From contig NW_008246069.1 in NCBI RefSeq assembly GCF_000281045.1, positions 1,019,683-1,080,146 on the forward strand: DNA of 60,464 nt, written 5' to 3'. Source of the stretch: Saprolegnia diclina VS20. Its lineage: Eukaryota. Position numbers and translations under genes: made by a program. The notes under the pieces are model-generated. The model was not told the DNA's origin, ran no database searches, and worked only from the letters and a program-made list of their open reading frames with translations. Shown here piece after piece: positions 11,970 through 21,542 of this stretch (within the stretch, counting starts at the first letter, position 1; each line of letters begins with the position of its first letter).

Positions 11970-13378
11970 ATGGGTCTCCGACGCTACCGCCGGACGCTGC
12001 AAGCCACGACGCTACTCGGCACGGTGGGCGGCGTCGTCGTCGCCTACTACGGCATCACGCTCAGCGCGCTCGTGCAGGCGGCGGCGCCGGGCGGCGCGAG
12101 GCTCGCCGTCGCGGCCATCGCGCTCGCCACGATCGGATGCCTCTACTCGTGCGCGAGCATGCTTGGCTTTTGCGGCTCGACGGCCAAGCACGAGCGTATC
12201 CGGTGCCTCATGGTCTACTTTTACGCGACGATCATCGTGAGCGTCCTCCTCGTGCTCTTCACGTACATGGCCCTCGCCGCGCCGTCGGCAATCGCCAACT
12301 GGCTGCGACTGCACTGGTCGGTGCTCGGGCTCGAAGGCCACGCGTGCTGCCAAACCTACGACGGTGCCATTACGTACGCCGTCGACCTTATATGACGCGG
12401 CGTCGACATCTCTATGTAGATACCTGAGCCATCGGTTCACAACGCTCGGTGGACTCGCAGCGGCCTCGATCGCTTGCATGTTTGTCTCGCTCTACTGCGT
12501 CATCAAGATCGTGACCGTACCCATCGTCATGCGCGACATCCTCTCCGTGATCAACGTCATCTTCGTCTTCCTTGGCCTCGGTAGCCGCCGCCATCTTCAC
12601 CTCGTCACTCTCATATCTATCTTGCATATAGCCACCTTTGGCTACGGACTCTACATGATGGCCCACGAGGCGCTCGACGCTGGCGAGGACTGGATCGCGT
12701 CCATCTTTACAGCCATTGGCGTGGCTGTGTTCGTGCTCGCCACGCTCGGGCTCGTCGGCGCCAAGGCGAAAAGCCGGTCGCTCCTTCTTGCTGTACGTAC
12801 TCGTCGTACAGTAGTAGGGAGTCCGATGCATGCTGTTAGTACGCGGTCGGCGTCGTGCTCTGTCTTGCGGTGCTGCTCGCAAGCGCGATCTTGGCCTTTG
12901 TCGCCGCGTCGCACCTCGCCACGTCGTATGAGCTCACCCACGACGCCGGTGACATTGCGTGTACCGCCCGGCTTTACGGCTGCTCCAACTGCACCGGGGA
13001 CGTCATGTGCCTTGGCGCCCAGCGACGTCGCCCGACCTTGGGTTTGCAAATACATGTGCGTCGACATGCTCATAACGTGTCGTCCTAGACGTGTGGCAAG
13101 CATGCAATGCGTCGAGCTCGGCGCCGTGTCTGCGCTTCACGACGGTGCTCTTCCCGATGCCGTCGCAGGTGTCGGTGCCGTCGCCCTTGTACAACCAAAT
13201 GGCCCCGTGCGGGCACTGCCCCGAGTGGCCATCGACCGAAGTTGCGTCCTACATGCAACGCAGCCTCGAGTTGCTTGGGATTCTGTGTTTGGTCAACTGG
13301 CTGTTTCTAGTCATTGCGCTTGTCGCCGCGCTTATCCTCCGACGCAGCCTCGAGGGGTACCAGACCGAGTCCATCTAA
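11970..13378 (+). CDS. Multi-pass membrane protein with two tandem tetraspanin-like units (~8 TM); multi-exon
   Basis: Two sets of hydrophobic helices, each with the tetraspanin TM2-TM3 signature (LGFCGSTAKHERIRCLMVYF; LGLVGAKAKSRSLLLAY), Cys-rich extracellular loops, and a C-terminus ending YQTESI*. Confidence 0.65.
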
Positions 13379-13455
13379 ATATCAAGAGTACTATGATGAC
13401 AATATGTGCATGCTATGTCTACGTCTTTTATACATCCTACGAGCTACATCTTCAA

Positions 13456-16400
13456 CTAGGCGAGAAACTCACACACGTACGGCGCGGCGAGGCTGCTCAC
13501 GAGGCCCCGGCACGCGTCGAGCGACGCGTGGGGCACCTCGACGCCGTTGACGCGCGTAAGCGACCACGTCGGCAGCACTTGGTGTGTGTTGTGCAAGAGC
13601 ACGAGCTTGGCGTGCACTGCGTCGTACTGGAACGAGTACTCGGTGAGCGATGTTAGCGTCAGCGCGCTCCGGTTGTCCAAAATGGCGGGCACCGGCGCCT
13701 CGAGGCGCTCAAACGCGGGGCCGTCCAGTGCCGCGTCACGAGCAGCAAATGCGACTTGGGCCGAGTACCGGGCCGCCGCTTCGTTGTCGACCGCGAGCGC
13801 GAGGTCTTTGGCGACGTTGTCGTGGGCGGCCTGGAGCGCCGACAGCTGAGCCGTCAACGCCGCGACCTGCGCCGCCAAGTCGAGTTCGACGCACGATTCA
13901 GGTGCGTGCGGCTCGTCGACGACCGGCTCGGCTTCGGGCTCGGACGCTACTTCGGGCTGCTCCACACTCGTTTCAACTTCGGGCGACTCGGGCAACGTCG
14001 TTGCCTCGACGACTTCGGGGGCGTTGGCCTCGGGGTGCGTGGCTTCGGCCGAGATAGCGCGCTGGGCAGCAACCGGCGGCACGACGACCGCCTCGACGAT
14101 GTCTTCCACGGCAGCAACGACGACCGGAGCATCGACAAGCACCGGTGCTTCAACAACGGCGACTGCCTCTTCGACAACAACGACCGCCTCTTCGACTGCC
14201 ACCGGAGCCTCCTCGACAGATGCAACCGCAACGACCGGCTCGGGTTCCGTGTCGACAACCGTCACGGGCACTTCAACGGCGGCGAGAGGCTCGGGTGTCG
14301 CAACGACCACGGGCGCATCGACAACGGCGACGGGCTCGGGCGTGACCTCCTCGACACCTGGCTTGGGGGCAGCGACAATGGGCGCCGAGCGGGGCAACAC
14401 GGCGGGAGCGGGTTCCGACTTGTGCAAAAAAGCGCTGATCTTGCTCGGCGTCGGGGCCTTTGTGAGGAACGCCGCAAGCTTGTTGGATCGGGGCTTGGGT
14501 TCAGGTACGACCGGCGTCGATTCGACGACTACCGATGCTTCGTCAACGACGACCGGAGCCTCTTCAACGACGACCGGAGCCTCTTCAACGACCACAGGGG
14601 TCTCAACCGGGGCCGACTCGACAGCTACCGGGGCCGCTTCCACCACCACCGGGGTCTCAACGATGGCCTCATCGACAACGACCGGAACTTCCTCAACAAC
14701 GACCGGGGCCTTGGCGACAGTCTCGGGGGCCTCGGGGACCTCAGCCACTGGTGCCGTCATCTTGGTGACAACCGGGACAACGGGTGTTTCGGCGATGTGG
14801 ACCACCGGTGCAGATTCCGGCACCGGAGCAACGACATCGACGACCGAGGCGACGACGTCCACGACCGGGGCGACGACTTCGGGCGCGTCAACGTGGGCAG
14901 GCACGGCTTCGACGGCTTCGACAAGAACATCCTCAACCTTGAGGGGCTCTTCGACAACCGTGGCCACGGCCTCGACAGATGCAGCGATTGCAGGCACCTC
15001 AGCGACAGCGGGAGCTTCCTCAACGACAGGTGCGACGACGACTTCGACAACCGGGGTACTGGACACAGCAGGTTCGACCACCGTCGGCACCGGGGCAGGC
15101 ACGGGCTCCTTGTGCAAGAAGGCCGTGAGCTTGTTGGGCGTCGGAGCCTTCGAGAGGAACGCCGACAGGCGCGATGCCCCCGACGACGAGGCCGGGGTCA
15201 CGGGTTCGGACACGACGGGCGTCATCGGCAATTCACGGGCAACAACGGGGGCGGGCTCGGCGATGATGATGGTCGCCGCCTTGACTTCCTCCACCGCCGA
15301 CACGACGTCGGCAACGACAACAGCAGGTTCCTCGACAGGCGGTGCTTCGACGACGATGGCAGCAATTTCGACGGGTTCCGAGACCGCCGGTGTTTCGACG
15401 ACCGTCTCGGTGATCTTGGGCGCGACAGCGGCGGCGATAGCTTCGTCGACCGACTTGAGGGCGGCGACGACGGGTGTAGCCACGACGTCGACCACAGACT
15501 CGGCAACGGCATCAGCAACGACCGGAGCCGAGGACGTCGCAACTTCTTCCACAGCGGGGACAGGCACGTCAGCCTCGATGGGCGCAGCGACCTCTTCCAC
15601 AACGGGTGCCGCAACGACCTCAACCACGGGCTCGACGGTAACCTCGACAGCGGCTACGGCAGCCTCGACGACCGTCGTCGGGGCGTCGACAACGGGCGAC
15701 GGAATCGAGCGAGCAACTTCGGGGACGTCGTCCTTGGTGGCCGACACAGACTGCGTAAAGCTCGCCAACTTGCTCACCGGCGGCGGGCCGCTCGAGAGGA
15801 AGGCCGCCAACTTGTTGGTCGAAGCCGGGGCAGGAGCTGCCACCACGGGCACCTCGGGCGCCACTTCTACCTCGACGGGGATGTCAGTCGGCGCGTCGAC
15901 GACGGCCGCCGTCGGCTCTTCGACCGGCGCAGGCGTCTCGGTCACCACCTCGGTCGTCTCGGTCGTCGGCGTTGGGCCGTGCGTCGCCGTGAGGTACGCG
16001 GCGAGCTTGCCCGTCGTGCGCAGCTTGCGGTGGAATGGCGACACCGGTTCGAGGGCCTCCGGCTCGGGCTTGGGGGACGTCGTCGAGCGAAGCTGAACCT
16101 TCTCAGTGAAACCCGACATAGCGATCGCCTCTTCAATTGTATCGGTGGGCTCCTGCGGCGCACGCAGCGGCGTGATCTCATGCGGCGCCGGCGGCGGCGT
16201 CTGGCTCAGAAAGGACGAGAGGCGGTTCACGGGCTTGGGCGCCGGCTGCGGCGCTACTTCCACTACTGGCGCAACAGTCTCGGCGACCACCGGTGCGACG
16301 GTCTCGGCGACCGGCGGCGAGGCCACGGTAGGCGTTGCGCTGGCGCTGCTCTCGGGTGTCGTGCTCGGGCGGTTGTCGTCAAGTGGCGTCTGCGCCGGCG

Positions 16401-16998
16401 ACGGGTCCGAGACCACAGACGTCCGCACGTCCTTGGCAGGTGTCGCGGGCGCCTTGTGCGAAATCGCACTCAGAAAAGACGAGAGACGGCTCCCGCGCTT
16501 GGCGCCACCGCTCAGCGACGACTTGCGATCTTCGTCGTCATTGGAGGACGATGACGTTTTCTTGCCAAACATGGAGGTGAGCTTGGAGACGCGGCTCGCC
16601 GCCTTCTCGGGTTCACGGCGCGCGCGCGGCGACGGGATTGGGATCTCGGCGCCGTTGCGGTACTTGTGGTACAGGACGCTGAGCGTCTTGAGGACCGCGG
16701 CTTGGTCCTTCTCGTCGAGGAGCTGCGCCGACGTAAAGAGCTCGTTGACGCGCGCGTCGTCGCGTGCCCAGCGCAGAAAGAGCGAGATGCTCTCGAGCGC
16801 GTGGAACGTGCGGTGCTTCTCGAGCGGCCGGACCTTGATGACAGACGTGTTGGCGAGGGCGTTGGCGAGAAGGCAGAGCACGCGGCCGTCGCGGAGGTAC
16901 AAGCAGAGGTTGTCGACGGCCTCTGGCGTCGGCGCCTCGCTCGTCTCGCGCTCGATCCACGCCATCGCGCTGCTGACGTCCAGCACTCCGGGCGCCAT
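13456..16998 (-). CDS. Calponin-homology (CH) domain protein with a long Pro/Glu/Val/Ala-rich region and C-terminal coiled coil
   Basis: 1180-aa intronless ORF. N-terminal CH motif (WIE...LRDGRVLCLLANAL...ESISLFL..A...ELFTSAQL...VLKTL), P/E/V/A repeats (APVVVEE)n, coiled coil LAAQVAALTAQLSALQAAHDNVAKDL. Confidence 0.82.
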   Translation of the reverse strand: MAPGVLDVSSAMAWIERETSEAPTPEAVDNLCLYLRDGRVLCLLANALANTSVIKVRPLEKHRTFHALESISLFLRWARDDARVNELFTSAQLLDEKDQAAVLKTLSVLYHKYRNGAEIPIPSPRARREPEKAASRVSKLTSMFGKKTSSSSNDDEDRKSSLSGGAKRGSRLSSFLSAISHKAPATPAKDVRTSVVSDPSPAQTPLDDNRPSTTPESSASATPTVASPPVAETVAPVVAETVAPVVEVAPQPAPKPVNRLSSFLSQTPPPAPHEITPLRAPQEPTDTIEEAIAMSGFTEKVQLRSTTSPKPEPEALEPVSPFHRKLRTTGKLAAYLTATHGPTPTTETTEVVTETPAPVEEPTAAVVDAPTDIPVEVEVAPEVPVVAAPAPASTNKLAAFLSSGPPPVSKLASFTQSVSATKDDVPEVARSIPSPVVDAPTTVVEAAVAAVEVTVEPVVEVVAAPVVEEVAAPIEADVPVPAVEEVATSSAPVVADAVAESVVDVVATPVVAALKSVDEAIAAAVAPKITETVVETPAVSEPVEIAAIVVEAPPVEEPAVVVADVVSAVEEVKAATIIIAEPAPVVARELPMTPVVSEPVTPASSSGASRLSAFLSKAPTPNKLTAFLHKEPVPAPVPTVVEPAVSSTPVVEVVVAPVVEEAPAVAEVPAIAASVEAVATVVEEPLKVEDVLVEAVEAVPAHVDAPEVVAPVVDVVASVVDVVAPVPESAPVVHIAETPVVPVVTKMTAPVAEVPEAPETVAKAPVVVEEVPVVVDEAIVETPVVVEAAPVAVESAPVETPVVVEEAPVVVEEAPVVVDEASVVVESTPVVPEPKPRSNKLAAFLTKAPTPSKISAFLHKSEPAPAVLPRSAPIVAAPKPGVEEVTPEPVAVVDAPVVVATPEPLAAVEVPVTVVDTEPEPVVAVASVEEAPVAVEEAVVVVEEAVAVVEAPVLVDAPVVVAAVEDIVEAVVVPPVAAQRAISAEATHPEANAPEVVEATTLPESPEVETSVEQPEVASEPEAEPVVDEPHAPESCVELDLAAQVAALTAQLSALQAAHDNVAKDLALAVDNEAAARYSAQVAFAARDAALDGPAFERLEAPVPAILDNRSALTLTSLTEYSFQYDAVHAKLVLLHNTHQVLPTWSLTRVNGVEVPHASLDACRGLVSSLAAPYVCEFLA

Positions 16999-18211
16999 CG
17001 AGTTGTTACTGCGCCGGTGAAATATGCAAAGTCATTCGCGGGCGACATGCCTCTGCGTCATGATCCGGATACCAAGATATGTCGTCCGCCAATCAGAAAA
17101 GAGGACGAGGGGTGTCGCCACCGCCAGCTAAACGCACGCAACTTGCCACGAAGAGGAGGAGCGGCGACCGACCATGCCACGCAGCGCAGAAGGCGGTGCT
17201 GCTACGTGGCCGTCAAGACGAAGACCGAGAAGGACACGTAGCAGTGCAATCGCTTCGTAACGCAGGGCGCCGCGTCGTGCATTGTACAATGCAGTTGAAG
17301 CGAGTTGTATCAGTATCAGCACGGTGCCGCAGAATGACCAAGGCCAAGGGGTATAAAGTGAAGGGTTCTCATCCTGCCTTGACTGAGGCCGGGCGTTGAA
17401 CATGTCGTGGGCGACGCATAGACGAGGACGGTATAGCAATCGACTGAAAGTGGAGCGAATTAGTACATGGAGACAGCACGTTGTAATCTCGCATAAATTG
17501 CACCGTCGCAGTCGACAGCCTACACGACCACACGCGCCGATGATGGCCATTACCGCAGTAACGTTGTGCACAGACGCGCAGGTCACACAGGTCGTGCTTG
17601 GGTGTCGCGTTTGCGGCGTGCTGTCGAGGCTGGGTGCTGGAGGCATGCAAAGTGGCGTGCGTCTAGCCCTATACGATGGCGTGTCCAGCAACCGGATAGC
17701 CCGCGCGTTGCATTTTTATGGCCAGTTGCGATCGTCAGGCATCCGAACGTCTTGGCTGCTATCTGCCTCATGCGCCCATCGCCTCTGCAAATCCAAAGCT
17801 CCTTGCAACTGCTCAAAGAAAAATACACTGCATTTCGTACAGTACATGGCGACACCGACCGTGTGGACGTGGACAAGGGCGGCTTTACCACACTCCGAGA
17901 GACTTTTGCTTTAGCCGAAAGCGGCAACCCTAAGCTCGTCCAGTGCATTTGAGAGACGGAGTCCAATTCGAGTCTTGCCCAAGTACCGGTATGATAGGGA
18001 CGGTCGCCACGATTTCGGCTTAAGCCAACGACGGAATCCAACCTCGCACGCTCGTGGTGGCATCAACAAGAGACCTTTTCGACGCTGCGTCCGTCCTTGG
18101 GCTCCACACGTCTAGTGCTACGGCTCGACATACAGGAATGAAGGGTGCTTTGGACAGCGACAAGGAGATTCAAATAACAATAGATAAGCGAGCTGGAGCG
18201 AGGATCGGTAC

Positions 18212-18391
18212 TCAGCGGCAGCCGCGCCAAGTCGTGTGCAGCATGTGTTCCTTGGCGTGCTCGTGGCGGAGCTCCGGGTCATGAATCGCGTGGTGCTGCA
18301 GCGTGTGCGAGACGCCGGCGACGACCATCGTGGCGAGGACGCTCGGACAGACTGTATGGAGGACGCACTGCGCGACGGCGGACAAGGGCAT
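18212..18391 (-). CDS. TTWRGCR micropeptide copy 1 (59 aa)
   Basis: MPLSAVAQCVLHTVCP...KEHMLHTTWRGCR*(TGA); homologous to three neighbours; INR-like CCACTTT upstream. Confidence 0.75.
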   Translation of the reverse strand: MPLSAVAQCVLHTVCPSVLATMVVAGVSHTLQHHAIHDPELRHEHAKEHMLHTTWRGCR

Positions 18392-18815
18392 AATGTTGAA
18401 AACGTTCAAGCAGGAAAAGGCAAAGTGGCTTGTGGTCGAAGAGGACTCAGCTAAGAAGACATGGGCGCTTCTATGGCCAACTGCGTGTGGCCATGCGAGG
18501 AGCACAAGGCCGCGCCCGTAGAATTGGGTGCGTCCATCTGCAACGTCAACGATCCGAACCAGATACGCGAAGCCGTGGCCAGCTTCAACTTGGCGCTAAG
18601 ATCTGACCACGGAATCTCGTCCGACCGACGCCCAAGTTCACCAACGCATTCGTGTGTGCCGTAGCTGTCAGCTATGCGCAAAAGACCGAGACCAATTTGT
18701 CCCTAGCACGAACCTAAGCTAACGACAACGTGCAAGGGCAAAAATCCACAGAAAAATCAAATAAATTAGCAAAACCGCCTCGATCGTCGGGCACTGCTAG
18801 TTGTAGCACTGTTGG

Positions 18816-19025
18816 CTACCGGCAGCCCCGCCACGTGGTGTGGTGCGTGTGTTCCTTGAGCGCTTGCGCGCGCTTGGCAGCGTCCTCCGCGCTGTGGTTG
18901 GTGTTGGTATTGTTATTGTCGCCCGGTGCGTGGACGGCAGCGGCGACCGTATTTACGACGAGAGACGTGAGCGCGGTGGGGCAGACCGTGTGCAAGTGGC
19001 ACTGGGCGGCAGGCTGCAGCGGCAT
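18816..19025 (-). CDS. TTWRGCR micropeptide copy 2 (69 aa)
   Basis: MPLQPAAQCHLHTVCP...KEHTHHTTWRGCR*(TAG); INR-like CCATTTT upstream. Confidence 0.75.
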   Translation of the reverse strand: MPLQPAAQCHLHTVCPTALTSLVVNTVAAAVHAPGDNNNTNTNHSAEDAAKRAQALKEHTHHTTWRGCR

Positions 19026-19772
19026 CGTGCTGGGAAGTTGGCGAGTTGGAAAATGGCGAGTACCCTGAAGGGTTATTATCCCCTGAAGCTGTTGGCGCTC
19101 GTATTTTAAAGAATAAAATGAATGTTGTGGATACAAATGTCAAGTGGTGTGAATTGTAATGCAACCATTAGTCACGGCCGCGGGAAAGTTATTGCGGCTC
19201 GGGGCACGACCGACGATGGGTACTCGTCCGTCGCCTGGTCGGTTCGATATTTGGCCTTGAAGATGCCGCAGGTGCGTGGGGTACTTCAAGGCGCGGACCT
19301 CGGATTCTACACGAGCGCGTCAAGGGCAAACCTCACGCGCCACCAACACGGCAGCGAGTAGAAAGTCTAGTTAGTACAATCAAATTGGCGAGTACCGCAT
19401 GATTTGTACGTGGCGCTCCTGCGTCACCGCACGCGTGTCCAAAGATCGATCCATCATCAGTCCATCCAGACGTGCCGGGCTCTTGATGGCTGTTTATGCT
19501 TGGGGTGGCAAGCGACGAAATACTACAAGGTAAGCCGTTTGAGCTCACCTGCACGGATGGTCAAGCTGGCCAGCCACCTTTGCCAGACAGTACAAGTGCG
19601 GAAGGAGACACTGCCTGGCTCAATACAGTGTATGAATGTATACGTGGCGCGGCGTGGTGATGCCAAGGGCATCAACTTACGCATCTCCGTGAAGTCGACG
19701 TTGGAACGTGATTTCTTGTTTATATACAATAGAATAGATTAAGGATACGCGGAAACGTGCGTGGAAGAGCAT

Positions 19773-19955
19773 TTAGCGGCACCCGCGCCACGTTGTGTGG
19801 GCCATGTGCTCGCGCAGGTGCGCTTGCGTGGCCTTGGAGTGTGGCTTGTCCGACGCCGGGTGCAAGCTGTTGGAGACGCCGGCGATGACAAGCGAGGTGA
19901 CGACGCTGGGGCAGACCGTGTGGAGGAGGCATTGGGCGGCCGTTGTCAGAGGCAT
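19773..19955 (-). CDS. TTWRGCR micropeptide copy 3 (60 aa)
   Basis: MPLTTAAQCLLHTVCP...REHMAHTTWRGCR*(TAA); INR-like TCATTTT upstream. Confidence 0.75.
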   Translation of the reverse strand: MPLTTAAQCLLHTVCPSVVTSLVIAGVSNSLHPASDKPHSKATQAHLREHMAHTTWRGCR

Positions 19956-20030
19956 TATTGTAGTGGTTTGTTTGGCAGTGCGAACGATTGAAAATGAACC
20001 AACGGCGAGTCTCAAGATCGCACCTGTGAT

Positions 20031-20513
20031 GTGGCGCAGTCGATAGGTTCAAAGCATACGATTGGCGAATCGAAGAAACCTCTCAGCCAATCATGCGTGG
20101 CCAAGGAGGTGGCATCACCGCCTGTCGCGTGTGGCCACATCGGCGACGCGGCTTTGCACGGGCAAGGTCGCGTTGGATTGGCCGACGGGCCGACGAAATT
20201 TCAATGACGTGGCTACGTCAGGTGGTCGGAAACTGCGCACCAATCTGAGCGCGCATCGCACGTGGCGTGCCCATGTGCTCAAATAAATGGCGTCGCGCGA
20301 TCTAGGAACAAGGGCCGGGAACAAGGTGGCGATTCAAGAATATACGCGTGGCAGATTTGCTTGTGGCCAGAAACACGCGTTCATTTTCGTCGAATTTGGT
20401 GGTTTTGAGAAATCGGGCGACCGTCGTTGTCGAACCAGACACGACAATCGTGCAATCATGCGATTGCATTCCGTGTACGCTCCCTTAGCTTCTCGCTTGG
20501 TCGTGGATGTGGC
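20031..20513. promoter_or_regulatory. Divergent promoter between micropeptide copies 3 and 4, with CCAAT boxes and clustered GTGGC motifs
   Basis: CCAAT/ATTGG at ~20061, 20087, 20177 and 20240; ten GTGGC on the + strand within ~480 nt. Confidence 0.45.
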
Positions 20514-20653
20514 GGGATGTGCTGTACTCTACTATCATAAGCAAGGCGGTCCTACTCGTGTCAAGGCCAAGGATGCCGCGGCCGACCAGATGTAACCACA
20601 TCACAGTGCTCCAGACTTTTTCGTCACAATTCCATCGGACTTCTCTCGCAACC

Positions 20654-20842
20654 ATGCCACTCTTGTCCACGGCCGCGCAGTGCCTGTTGCACACGCTCGG
20701 CCCGATAGCCGTGACAACCGCTGCCATCTTGTCGGTCTCCCCACTCGTTCAACCAGGACCCAATGCGTCCAACGACGAGAAAGCCAAAGCGCAAAAGCTG
20801 GGCGAGCACATGGCCAAAACGACGTGGCGGGGTTGTCGCTGA
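20654..20842 (+). CDS. TTWRGCR micropeptide copy 4 (62 aa)
   Basis: MPLLSTAAQCLLHTLGP...GEHMAKTTWRGCR*(TGA); inverted relative to copies 1-3. Confidence 0.75.
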   Translation: MPLLSTAAQCLLHTLGPIAVTTAAILSVSPLVQPGPNASNDEKAKAQKLGEHMAKTTWRGCR

Positions 20843-21542
20843 CCTTGCTTGCAGCATGAAGCTTTGTATTTAAGAAACCTATATTGCCTTGTGTTGAGGC
20901 GTTTGTCATCTTCATATTTCGATCCCATCAAAGTTATGGAAGGAGACTCGAAGGAAGCAACGACGAGCGCTGGGCAACATCAGCCAACGCGTGCCACCAA
21001 CTTCAACTTGCGGGCGACCCAATTTTCCCGCCAAAATTGCACCGGAACCCACGAAACATAAGCTTAGAACCAGCCGGGAGCTCCTGGTGTTGTCAGTAGA
21101 ATATGATTGCAGCGGCGGACTACGTGTGCCCTCCTGTGTGCAGGAATCGACCGACTGGACAAAGGTGGCCAGCTGTGTACCATGTCCATCTTTACAAGAT
21201 CAAATCACTCGCGCGACTCGGCCGACAACACTGCAACTTTGCCGGCAGCGACCACCGACACCATACCAAGGCAGGGCAAGAGTGCCGACCGCATCGCCGC
21301 AGCCGACTCGGCAGCGTAGCGTAGCTGCTACTACCCTACGTGTTGGTATTCTACATGCGATGATAGCATCGATCGACCTTGGCGACCAGCATCTTGGGTC
21401 GTCCTTTCTGCATCGAAGTTCTGTGCTCGAACAAACGATCTGATTGGCGTAAACGCAATGTTTCTAGCCAATCGCAGCGCACGTATGCACTTTGCAGTTT
21501 GCCATTTGGTGTCTTTTCCAGCACTGGCGGTATCTTTTCGTC

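Noticed and set aside
13756..16554. Very long + strand ORFs (932 aa and 690 aa) opposite the CH-domain gene
   Set aside because: Antisense shadows of a repetitive, GC3-biased coding sequence; no independent domain content.
18212..20842. Selenoprotein/readthrough or cytochrome-c (AAQCH) interpretation of the micropeptides
   Set aside because: Stops are TGA, TAG, TAA and TGA, so there is no conserved UGA. AAQCH occurs in only one copy; the others have AQC[LV]LH.
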